From Hypanus sabinus (Eukaryota): a stretch of 64,000 nucleotides of DNA. A program made the translations under genes and the position numbers. This document shows positions 25,850 to 37,252 of this stretch, piece after piece; position 1 is the stretch's first letter; each line of letters starts with the position of its first letter. The notes below the pieces were generated by a model. It was not told the DNA's origin. It searched no databases and saw nothing but the letters and a program-made list of their open reading frames with translations. The stretch lies in NCBI RefSeq assembly GCF_030144855.1, contig NC_082732.1:33294001-33358000 (forward strand), given 5' to 3'.

Positions 25850-26048
25850 CTGTTGCTGGCTGGTGGTGGAGTGGCATCAGCACTGGACTTTGAGGCAAAT
25901 GGTCCCAAGTTTGAATCTGGCCGGCCCCTAGCATGCTTTCCATCTGTGCTGGGTTGAATGTTGAGCTAACAACTCAGCCTTGTGAAAACAGTAAAGTGCT
26001 TTGGAGACAGCAAAAATGTCCGCGCATGTTCAAAAAGGAGCAACAAGG
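25850..26048 (+). mobile_element. tRNA-derived SINE about 170 bp upstream of the exon
   Basis: A-box-like tggtggagtgg, B-box-like gtttgaatc and short caacaa tail. Confidence 0.6.
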
Positions 26049-26216
26049 TCCTGATGCGAAAAAGCAGTCTGGACTGAAGTTGGTTGTGAATTTTGAAGTC
26101 AAATGTAAAGTCTCAGGTCAGGCTCCTGTTGTCAATTCTGAGCCATAAAACTGAAAACAAGTGATTGGATTTGAAATGTTTTCTTCTAAGGAAATGTCTG
26201 TGTTGTTCTATTACAG

Positions 26217-26321
26217 CTATTTGCAGCACTGGAGTCTGCTTTAATGGTGGCAAGTGCATTGAAGGAACATCACAGTTATGTCAGTGCCCAGAAGGCTTTC
26301 AAGGACCTCGTTGTCAATATG
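26217..26321 (+). CDS. MEGF6: Internal coding exon (105 nt, phase 1-1) encoding an EGF-like domain; first EGF repeat of MEGF6 (or paralogue EGFEM1)
   Basis: Acceptor tgttgttctattacag| and donor G|gtgagt. Translation is [35 protein letters not shown](D), with six EGF-spaced Cys. It closely resembles the recalled human MEGF6 segment [36 protein letters not shown]. The exon is near certain; MEGF6 versus EGFEM1 is not resolved. It is absent from the ORF track. Confidence 0.85.
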
Positions 26322-28070
26322 GTGAGTAGCTCTTTGACACGCATCTTGGATTTGTTCTTTTATCCTGCTAGGTTTGAGAATTTAAGGGGAAAGAAAGATA
26401 GCTGAAGACTACTTGAGAATTTTACATCAAGAGGAAAATTGTGAACTGAAGATAATCTAGAGAGCTGTATGATATTCCCTGCAGCTGGCTGTTAATCAGT
26501 TTGGTGATCTTCACATTGTGAGCACTTCTCATGGGAATATTAGCATAGGATTATTAGGATGGGAACAAGTTTTTATGCCTCCACTGTTCTGTTATTCTAT
26601 TAGATCATTACTGTTCCATATCTTGAGTTCATCTAGCCTCCGTGATTCCAAAAGTGTTTGTACTCTAGCTTAACAAAATCTTATCAGACAGTTCTCTGAA
26701 GCAGTTAGCACAGTGTGCAGTTTACCATTACCCTCTGAGAGAAGACACAGTTCTTGACATCACCCTGAATGGCATGGTTTGATTATGTAGATAGACCATC
26801 CTGCTCCACGTTTTGGTTTCACTCATTCATACATGGATTATTCTCTGATATTCCTTATGAATTTATTTTGTTCTTACTGAGTAAGCGAGTGCGCGTCTAC
26901 TGTTGGTGTCCTTATGGACAGTGTCGATCCAAGTTGTTTGAATATGGCTGCTGAAATTTTCTTTGCATTTGTTCTTTCCAAAATGATAATACAAGTTAAG
27001 TTTGAAGTTCTTGCAGTCTTTGGTGGAGCAATAATATACACTACATAACAATATACATAATAAACAGGCTCAAATATAAAGCATACACAAATTAAGCAGG
27101 TTGGTGACATATGGGACTTTGCTGCTGGAGTCATTAATTATGGGCTCACAGTTACTTTCCAATCCATGTGGTAATTTATTATTGATTTGACTTCTCATTT
27201 AACTGTAGCTTCAGCAGGGACAAATAGACTGCAGAATAACGAATCTCTAACGTTTTCCCGCTACTCATAAAAGGGAATGTTGCTTATCCTGTAATTTGCG
27301 CTCTGATGAATTGGTTGAAGGCTACTATTTTTTCTAAGCCTTGAGCATTGAGCTCCTTAACTAATTTCACAATGGTTTTAAGTGCTTACTGCTATTGGAG
27401 AGCAATGGGCTTTCTTTCCTAATCCTAATAGATGTGAGCACCATGAAGGATGTGATCTTATTTATGGGTTCTGAACGTCACTACAAGGCAATGTTTCTTA
27501 TTGCCCTTGAGGTTATGAGCTGCCTTGAACGTATAATGAAAGAGACTCTAGATATGGAACTGCAAAAATTTTACTCAGCAATGGGTTGATGCCTGTCTTG
27601 GTGGGGAGCTCTGGTTATCCTTCCAGACCTTAGAAGGAGCAGATTTGGGAGGCATTGTTAAAGAAGGGCTTTTTCTGCGACAGTCAATGTCTAAGGAGAT
27701 GGAAAAAGTAGCAATCCATCTAGTTGCTTTGTCCTGAATGGGCCAAGAGCTTCTTATTAAAGATGAAGATGGGAAAACCAATCCCTAATAAGTAATATGA
27801 ACACGCATTGTGGTCTCAAAAGTATTGACAGGTTTTCTCCATTCTGTACTTTAAACACTGCTGTTGATCCAGGCAATTTTCATGGCAAACAGAATAATCA
27901 AGCTACAAATTATCAGGAAAAAGCTCAGGAGACTGTGTCTAGTTTTTCCAAATGACAGTTTAACTATGGGCTTATAAAGCATTTATATTCTATGTCATTC
28001 AGAAGGAGAATAGTGCCTCACAAGCCTACTGCAATAAATACCTTAAACTGCCCTAGAATTCCCTCTCTTA

Positions 28071-28300
28071 AGCAACACACACGAAATGCTGGAGGAACTC
28101 AGCAGGTCAGGCAACATTCATGGAAAGAATAAACAGTCAATGTTTTGGGTGGAGACCCATCCCAGGCCGGAAGAAGGGTCTAGGCCTGAAACATCTACTG
28201 CTCATTCATTTCTACAGATGCTGCCAGACCTGATGATTTCCTCCTAGTGTTTTGTGTGCGTTTCTCTGGATTTCTAGCATCTGTAGAACTTCTTATGTTT
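28071..28300. mobile_element. Inverted pair of Penelope terminal modules
   Basis: cacacgaaatgctggaggaactcagcaggtcaggcaacat...atgctgccagacctgatgatttcctcctagtgttttgtgtg form an imperfect inverted repeat centred near 28165. Confidence 0.8.
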
Positions 28301-28504
28301 ATGATTCCCTCTCTTAATCTTGCCACCTCTTTTTTTTCCCTCTTTGAGATGATCCTTAAATTCTGTTTACTGTTTCCCCTGCTTCATATTCTAGTTGTTA
28401 GGACCACAGTGAGATATCCTCAAATCATGGACGTTTGCGATAAAGAAGGAGCTTATTCAAATGCGCAGCCAATGTAGAAGCAGAGAAGAAGGACAACCCA
28501 AGTG

Positions 28505-29030
28505 AGAAGCTGTAGAGATTTGAGTAAAACACACAAAATGCTGGAGGAACGCAGCAGGTTAGGCAGCATTTATGGAGAGGAATGAACAGTCAATGTTTTG
28601 GGCTGAGACTGGAGTCTGCTGCCGCTTACCGGATGTTTAGTAGCTTATTGCCTGAGAAGGTGTCAGACAGATCAAGAAAGGGAAGGTAGATGTCAGAGAT
28701 GGAACATATGAAAATGAGAGTACAGAAGAAATTAACAATATATGTAATGGCATTTTTGAGTTCTGCCTGAGTACAGGAAGTAGCAAACTGTCATCGATAT
28801 ACTGGAAGAAGATATGAGGCAGGAAGTCCAAACAGGAATGTAGCAAAAATTTGTTCTGTGAATCCTACGAAAAACAGGCAGAGCTTGGACTCGTATGAGT
28901 TCCCATTAGCAGCGCAATCAATCTGGAGAAAGTGATTGGAGTTGAAGTAGAATTTGTTTCAGATGTTTAAAAATTTCAGGCTGAGATGTTACTCAAGATT
29001 TCCAGCATCTGTCGAATCCCTTGTGTTTAA
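28505..29030 (-). mobile_element. Composite non-autonomous Penelope derivative, copy 1 (terminal module + RT core fragment + inverted terminal stub)
   Basis: ORF 28637-28846 contains PHIFFQYIDD; upstream FNSNHFLQI..(A)MGT.MSPS-like PLE RT motif in shifted frames. Confidence 0.8.
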
Positions 29031-29994
29031 ATTTTTGAGTATCTGGGGAAGCCAGTGGATGATTGTAGGTTGTGTGTTGACTTTGCCAAACCAGGTCTGT
29101 GAATGGTCCATAAACCCATGAACAACAGCTTGTTAGTCCACTTTTTGGGGCATAATCTATTTATTTGTGTCATCTATAGATTTTTATACCTTTGCATTGT
29201 GCTGGTGCACAAAATGATACAATTCATATTGTATGTCAGGGATAATATATCTGATTCTGATTTTGAATCACGGGGCCAAGGCTTAAGTTAATTGGCAAAA
29301 TAAACAGAGGGGAGGTGATAATGTGTTTTGTGCAATGGTATTGATCTGAAATGCACTTCCAAGAGAGTAAAGTGGAACTGGAGTCAACTGGGACTTTCAA
29401 AAGAAAAATGTAATATACAAAACAGGAAAAAATGGAAGTATTTTGAGGGAAAGCAGGTAAAAGTGCTGGCACACAGTCAGTGGGTCAAACAGTCTCCATC
29501 TGTGCCATATGATTCTGTGAACAGATGTCTCATGAGAAACAGGCTGAAGGGCTGTCAAACCCTTGGCTTTGAGTTTGAGTTGCCGATTCTTTCGGCACAA
29601 TAGAGGGTGCTGGGCCACTTTGGACGGAGATAATGAAAGACAGTGGGAAGCATGAGCTCGCGGCACAGTTGTTGAGACCTGCCTCTACGTAAGTTAATTA
29701 TATAGCTGCAGGGAGCAAAGGGCTTCAAGCTGAGCTGTAAGAAAAGGAACTCCAAAGCACGAGTCTGAGCTCTCTTGATTTACTGTCCTGTTCACAACAG
29801 AAATCAGAAAGCACAGGAGCTTAAATTTCTCACACATTCCAGGTGCAGTGAAAATGTAAAACTAGAAGTAATGAATTGGATCTACGAATGAGAAATGCTT
29901 CTGAATTCAGTGGGCCAGATACCGATCTGCTCTATTTCTCTTCGATTCATTTGTTGAATAAATTACATTGATATTGAATGATATGTGTGCCATT

Positions 29995-30730
29995 GCTGGA
30001 GTGTTTGATGTCTCTGGCCTATACTTGCTGGAATTTGGAAGAAGAAGCATGAGCTCATTGAAGCCTATTGAATATTGAAAGGTCTAGATAGAATGGGCGT
30101 GGAGAGGATGTTTCCAGTAGTGAGGGAGTCTAGGACCAGAGGGCACAGCTTCAGAATAGAAGGATGTCCCTTTAGAACAGAGATGAGGAAGAATTTCTTT
30201 CACCCAGAGGGTGGAGAATCAGTGGTATTCATTGCCACAAATAAATTCTGGGCTGAGAAGGGCAAGTCATTGGGTATATTTAAAGTAGAGGTTGATAGAT
30301 TATTGATTAATCTGGGCATCAAAGTTTACAGGGAGAGAAGACAGGAGAATGGGGTTGAGAGGGAGAAAAAATGAGCTATAATTTAATGCTGGAATAGATT
30401 TGATGGGCTGAACAGCCTTATTGATTGATTGATTGAATAGAACAGGCCCTCCCAGCTCTTCGAGCCACACCGCCCAGCAACCACTGATTTAACCCTACAC
30501 TAATCATGGGTCAAATAACAACAACCAATTAACATACCAACCAGTATGTCTTGGGTCTGTGGCAGGAAACTAGAGTACCCAGAGGAAACCCATGCAATCA
30601 AAAAGAATGTATAAACTCCTTACAGGACAGCAGTGGGAATTGAACCCTGGTTGCTGGCTAGCGGTGTGCTAATCACTTCGGTAGTGTACTGCTTAAACGC
30701 CTATTCTGCTCCTATGTATAATGGTTTTAT
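29995..30730 (+). mobile_element. CR1 3' fragment with a minus-strand V-SINE (about 30423-30695) inserted in its 3' UTR
   Basis: ORF 30075-30374 (KGLDRMGVERMFP..ESRTRGHS); the SINE has a V core, a B box and a (gatt)n tail. Confidence 0.85.
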
Positions 30731-30864
30731 TGCTGCTATGCCACCACTCCACTGAAAGTTGTGAGTGGCAACTGAGCCTGTGTTTTGAACGAGATTAGAG
30801 GTGCTATGACTTTCATGTGGTTTGATTGCTGCTGGTGTTTCAAATATCAGAGGAGGGTTAGCTT

Positions 30865-31185
30865 CATAAACCCATAGACTGAGGAACAGCTTCTACCCCA
30901 GAGCTGTGGCATCGATCACACCACCCTCACAGAACAATGATCGAAACTGTGAGCACACACAAGGACTCAAATACTTGCACCAACGGCACTTTGTGCATTA
31001 CTGTGATATTCTGGTGCTGCTGCAACTTATTTTCTGCTGCTTATCTATTTAATACTGTTTTTCTATTACTGTCTTGTTTTTATCTACCGCTTTATTTAAT
31101 TGCCTGAGAGGAAGCCAAACAGAATTTCATTGTATCTATGTATAATGACAATAAAGATCATTCATTCATTCATTTATTCATTCAC
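30865..31185 (+). mobile_element. Rex1/Babar-type LINE 3' end with (ATTC)n tail
   Basis: RLRNSFYPRAV; aatgacaataaag followed by attc repeats. Confidence 0.8.
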
Positions 31186-31479
31186 CATGACATTTATTTC
31201 TCTTGGAAAAGCTGTTTTGTTTTTCTCCATCAAGTTAATCAGGCAGTGGTGGTCTGGAAGGAAAAAGAGATGGTGGATCATGTTAGATGATTCCTTGAGC
31301 AATCTGTCAAAGTATTTTTGCAGAGTTATCAATTGGAGCTTGCAAACAAATGCCAGGAACTTGATTGGTAGTGAAAAGGGCTGTTCCTGGAAGATATATT
31401 GTTAACAGCATCTTAATTCCACTTCATGCCTCCCTCGAGATGGCAGAGATGCAGATGACACTATCACTCAAGTCTAGGT

Positions 31480-31561
31480 ATGGGGGGTTTCCAACCTGGG
31501 ATCCACGGACTCTTTGCTTAATGGTATTGGCCAATGGCATAAAAAAGGTTGCGAGCCCCTG
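31480..31561. mobile_element. Tiny hAT (Charlie-type) MITE
   Basis: TIRs ggggtttccaacct / aggttgcgagcccctg; flanks gtctaggt and ttctagaa approximate the NTCTAGAN target. Confidence 0.7.
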
Positions 31562-33394
31562 TTCTAGAATTTGTGATGGCCAAGGATCCCTGGAAAGACT
31601 TGCAATGCATCTTCATTGAAGTTTGTCCTGAGCAGCTGCCTAACACGGGGTTCAATGCAGTACAGTTGTTCCCAGGAACATACACTGAAACAAACATTTT
31701 CTGCTGCTAGAGGAGCATTAAGACAGGTGAAGGACACGTTTTGCTATTCCAAAAACCTGCTGATCTTCCAGTGCAAATGGTGGTCTGTAACCAAATACTA
31801 CGGACTGGAACATTCCAGTCTGGGTGCTGAGTGGCACACTGAAGCTTGTTAACAGCTGCCACACTGGCTCTCTCGGGTAAAGTTCATAGTCTAAGGGCCT
31901 CTTGCCACCAGACGTTGAGGGAATGGGCTTTGTGCAATAACCAACTGTACATAAGAGCAAAATATAACCAAAGAACTCAGAGCAGGAGTAAGGTATCCAG
32001 TTTGTAGCAGCTATTCTATCAACCTAAAGCCGCTGCTGACGACCTAACATGGGTCGTTATCCCTGTATGATACGCCCTCTGATCATTCCAATAATAATGT
32101 TCCACAAAGAAATGTATTCAATCTTTTAGTAGCAACTTGCAAACCATACAATCTTGAAGTGATGCAATTGAGTGTAATTAAGCACTCAAGCACTTAAGCA
32201 TAACTAAGCGGTCACCAAAAAATATATGACATCTGTTAGTCACCAGCTCCAAACTGAACTGCCTAGAACAAAGCACAAGTATGTAACTTATTCCCTTTGT
32301 CCTCACTCACATGACTAGTTACCATACTAAACATACAACACAGAATACAATGCAGATAGAGAACAGATAAATGGTTCCTACACACTCATTTGAGCTTGAT
32401 ATACCGGTCATCAAGGTCATAGTCTTCCACCTTAGCACAGTACTTATCTCCTTAACACTAGAAATCTACCAATCTTCATTTTACAAGAACACAATAACTG
32501 AGCCTCCACACCTGTTTGGGATAGATATCTCCGTGTTAGGGATTGCCCTTCTTATCAATCCTGAAAAGTTTACTGTTAATCTCCAGAAGATGTTTCCTTA
32601 TCATGGACAGCTCAGTGAAAGGAACATCCTTCTTGAGTTTAGCCTGGCAAGCGCTTTTAATTAATTTCAATGAAATATCCCTTAATTTTTTGTAAACTCT
32701 TAAAGTTATAGTTCCAATCTACCAGATCTCTTACAGCAAACGCATCATCTTTGGAATCAGACTAATGAATCTTTCTCGCATCTCTGCTATAACAAGTGCA
32801 TACTTGTACTTAAGTAGGGAGACTAAATCTGACATTGTCCTACAGTGTCCCCGTGTCACTACACAATTGCAATAAGGCTTCTTCACTTCTGTGGGGGTGG
32901 GAATGCAAGCTATAAGGCATTTCAAAAAGGCTCCAATGTGGTTTAGACAAGTTAGATAAGTGGGCAACTGCATGGCAGATGCAGTTTAATGTTACCTTAT
33001 TCACCTTTAGATCTAAAACCAAAAAGATCCATTGTCATCTAACCGATACAGATCGGTAAAAGGGCGATGTAACTAGAACTGAGTGTCCTTAAACAACAGC
33101 TGCTCAAAGTAAGGGTTCAGGTTTAGTATGTAGTTTGGAAGGGAAATGATAGGTTAGTTTTCACAGTGAGAGATTTTTGTACAAGGCTGTGATTTTGAAA
33201 TTGAGGAAGAATGGGAATGAATGAAGGTGAACTAGACTTATCTCTCCTGTGGCAGGACAAATCCATGGTGATAAATTGGGTTAATTACACCAATGTACAT
33301 TGGAGTTTAGAAGTGATATGCTTAGCAGTACGAGTGCGATCACATGAGTTAAATATGATGTTCTCCTAAAGGGTTACTTAATGGGGAATGCTTG

Positions 33395-33726
33395 TGTGTG
33401 ACCTTGTTTACCACGGGGAGTCTGATGCATGGGCAGCCACCACATCCTCCTACAGACAGTGTCTAGTGGCCTAGAATGCAAGATGACCGGGCAACCTCCA
33501 CTGCTGCAGCCTTCCTCCATCTTCACTACCGTTGTGTTGTGTCTTCATCTTCTGCCACCTCCACCATTGAGGTTTTGCTTGGATCACTCTTCGTCTGGAA
33601 TCTCCTCCTTGACCTTACCGCCATGGGTGACCCTACCAGGAGCTGAGCTCCAGATGGTATCACTGTCCGGATCTCAAGAACGCGCAAGCCTCTCCACCAC
33701 GGCCTGGTGACGATCCTCAGGGAAAT
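33395..33726 (-). mobile_element. Non-autonomous element derived from an RTE/Expander-type 5' UTR
   Basis: Minus strand gtcacc...cgtggtggagaggcttgcg...cctggtagggtcacccatggc...ccagacgaagag matches the recalled RTE 5' UTR signature. Confidence 0.65.
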
Positions 33727-35038
33727 TCCTTTCAGTGAATAAACACAATTCACTGCTCTGTAGTTTACAATTGCTTATTTTATAAATATGTATCTCAGGA
33801 AAGAAAACATATATTTTACTTGTTATTATCTTTCAAAGAGAGATGTTGAAATAATGACTAATTAATGTTATGGTGCCTGAAAAGAATTTATTTACACAAG
33901 TCCCTGAGTACAATTATGAAAATAGTGAAATGCATTCTTAATGTGCTGAAGTTCACAGGAGCAGTGTGAACTGGAGATATTGGGATATATCCACCACAGG
34001 GAAGTGAGCACGGAGTTGAGATTGGAAACAAAATTTTTAAAAAAATGGCATTCTTTTTACTTTGATGAGGCAAAAGTTTCCTCAGTATTTTCTTTGGGAT
34101 GGTGTCAAATGCAGAGGATGAAAATACATTTTGAATTCTCTTTATCCATTGATTTGTGGCTGTAAATCACTATCAGTGTTTTTCTAGACTCTCCATCTCC
34201 GTATCATATTCCCATCTTCTTAGTCCCAGCAAAACTTCCATCAAGACAAAAGGGTTTAATTCATCTTTAGCAATGAGGTAATGTGCTCATATTGAATCAG
34301 CAATATGATTTATAACCAATCTGATTATTTCTTTCTGTTAACTTGAAGAAAATATGTTTTTTAAGGGGCAAATTGCACTAGTTACGTCAGCAAGATATCC
34401 TAGCTGTTTCAGTCAGATAGATTGGGGTGGAAATGCAAGTTCAAAGTTTCTTCCATTTAGATACTCTGGTAAAGGTTGAACAGGTTAGGACTTTATTCCT
34501 TGGAGCACAGGAGATTTGAGAGATACTCAAAAATATGAGGGGTTTAGACAGGGTGAATATGTGCAGCTTAGGGTAAGAATAGAGTTAGAGGTCTTAGGTT
34601 TAAGGTGTAAGTTGAGAAATTTCAGGGTGAAGAACTTCACTCAGAGAGTGGTGTGAGTGTGGAATGAGCTGTCAGTGGAAGTGCTCGATGCAAGTCAGGT
34701 TCAATTGTAATATCTGAGGTTAAAGTTTGACACAGTGTTTTAGAGCAATGTTTGGCGCAATGTCTGAAGTTTGAATAGGTTCATGGATGAGGAAGTATGG
34801 AGGCCGGTGCAAGAAGATGGAATTAGAGTGACTAAAGGAAACGATTTCAGGAACTTATATCAGAAGAACTTCTCTGCAAGGTTTGGCAGTTACCTTAGTT
34901 AGTTTGTCAGGGTAATGCTGTAGTGTAGTGTTTAATGCAATGTTGTAGAGCCCCAGCAATTGCTGATTGTGGTTCACTTTTGCCTCTGTCTGTAAGGACA
35001 TTCTCCCCATGACTGTGTAGTTCCACATGGTTCCAGCC

Positions 35039-35119
35039 TATAATGAATTACTGACCAATGAAATGTATGATGAATTAGTGACTAATTTGGTGTATAATGA
35101 GTTAGTGACCATTAGTCGG
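35039..35119. repeat. Degenerate 27-bp tandem repeat x3
   Basis: tataatgaattactgaccaatgaaatg / tatgatgaattagtgactaatttggtg / tataatgagttagtgaccattagtcgg. Confidence 0.75.
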
Positions 35120-35702
35120 GTACAGGTTGTTAATAGTGACTCACCTGATGCCCTTCAAAGTGGGATTTCAGATTCTTAGGAAAATGCAAGGCAGCCAACC
35201 AGTTTTTGATTGTAATTTCAGATTCTTTGATGGTCTATTTATCCGTCATTGCATGATTGAACACCCTGGATGTCTCTAACAGTCTGCTCTGAAATGAAGT
35301 TTTCCACAGTCCGCATCTGTCTTTCCCACTTGGGGAAAAAATACAGATCTTTATCAGGGAAAAATCTTGCTTTATTTCCCCACAGATCTCTTCGTCATAC
35401 CAGTGTTCATTCATCACAAGGAATAGAGCAGCCTGCCAATGCTCAAAGTTCAAAGTAAATTTATTATTAAAGTATGCATATGTTCCATTTACTTCCTTGA
35501 GATTCATTTTCTTGCAAGCACTTGTAAGAGAAACACTTACAGCTTTCTGGTTATACTCCGAATACTCCACAGATATGTAACATATTCACAAATGCTAAAA
35601 CACACACAGACACTGATACTGTACATAGACATAGGCATGCTGACTGTGATATGTGTGCGCGTGCACGCACACACACTCACTCTCACACTCAATAAATAAA
35701 TA

Positions 35703-35872
35703 TTAACACATAAGTTGTTGGGCGAACTCACCAGATCAAGCACATCTTTTGAAGTGAATAAATAATCGGTGCTTTTTTTCCAAGACCCTTTATCAGGACT
35801 GGAAAGGAAGGGGGCAGAAACTAGAACAAGAAGGTGGTGAGGGAGGAAGGAGTACAAGCTGGCAGGTGATTA
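35703..35872 (-). mobile_element. Penelope terminal module (decayed hammerhead)
   Basis: gaactcaccagatcaagca...agaccctttatcaggactggaaaggaagggg. Confidence 0.7.
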
Positions 35873-36711
35873 AAGATTCAAAGGTTCATTTTATTGTCAA
35901 AGTACCCATGTACAATACAACTCTGATATTTGTCTTCTCCAGAAAGCCATGAAATACAGAAAAGAGAAAAGACATCAACCCCCTCCCTGCATTAAAAGGA
36001 AAAAGAAGCAACACTCACAAACCCCAAAGCCCCCACACCATCCCTTGCCCAAAAGCTAACAGATTGCCCACATGGAAAATGGCAGCTGGAACAAGAAACC
36101 CCAAACCTTCTAACCCCCTCCCTCTCAAAACAAAACAGCAACAATAGTATCAAACCCCCAACTGCCTCCCTCCCAAAAAAGATCAGTGACAATAACATCA
36201 AGCCATCAATGCCCTCTGTTACAAAAAAAGCGAATGTTGCTCAAGGTTGCCAGCATCTGCAGAATCTCTTGTGTTAGTAAAAGAAAGGTCTGTTATACAT
36301 AAAATTGCACACAGTGAGCAAAAGAAAGAATAATGTACAGCAAAACAAAATCAATAGAAAATCAAAAGAACTTTATTAGCTGATGTATGCATCAGAACAA
36401 TTTAAGACTGTGGAAATATTGATAGATCTGAGTAGGTATACAATTACTTAAACACAAGTGCATTCAGTTTTGTGTATACCGAGCATGAACAACAAATAAG
36501 CTTTTCAGTTCAGGAGCATTTGTCGCTCCTAAACACAAAGCGAATATATTATCTCCATGTTAGCATTTGCATCTGTGTGGCAGAATTTGGTGAGTAGAAG
36601 CGCCACTTTAGGTAGCTTTGGGAGACGATGATCACCCTCCAGTCAATTCTTTAACATGCTTTGGGATTCCATCATCCAGCGGTCGCTGAAACATTTAAAA
36701 ATTGCAAATCT

Positions 36712-37252
36712 GTTGCAGGACAAGATATTAAGTTGAAGGCATCTGATTTACATATTTTGGCCTTTAGCTCTCTTATAGCTAGGAGGATGCTTTTGTTTAA
36801 ATGGAAAGATGTTCTTCCTCCTGCTCATGCTCAGTCGTTATGTGACGTTATGTCACGTTTAGATTTAGAGAAGATTCGTTGTTCAATTTCTGATTCTCAC
36901 CAAGACTTTCAAACATTGTGGGGACCTTTTCCGAGTTATTTTCAAAACCTTCAATTCGTTATTTAAACTCAAATGTTGACTATTATTAATTTTTATTATA
37001 TATACCTTCTTTTCTCCTTAATGAACAGCTTCGGTCTTGGTAGGGGTTAGATTTTTTTTCTTTTGTAATAAATTAGTATAGTTTAACATAACTATTGATT
37101 AACTTATATGAATACGGGATAATGTAATTGTTATTATGAACAGATGTAATGTAACTGGTGTTTTTTAAAAATCTTTTCTGACCTCTTATATACTCTTTAT
37201 TGTACTCTGTATTCCTCTATGTAGAAACTAATATAAATATTGGAAAAGAAGT
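36712..37252 (+). mobile_element. L1-clade LINE, 5'-truncated, with 14-bp TSD
   Basis: ORF2 C-terminus LIARRMLLFKWK..PP.....LDLEKIR......WGPF; TSD aaaattgcaaatct (36698-36711) / aaagttgcaaatct (37253-37266) at a TT|AAAA site. Confidence 0.88.
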
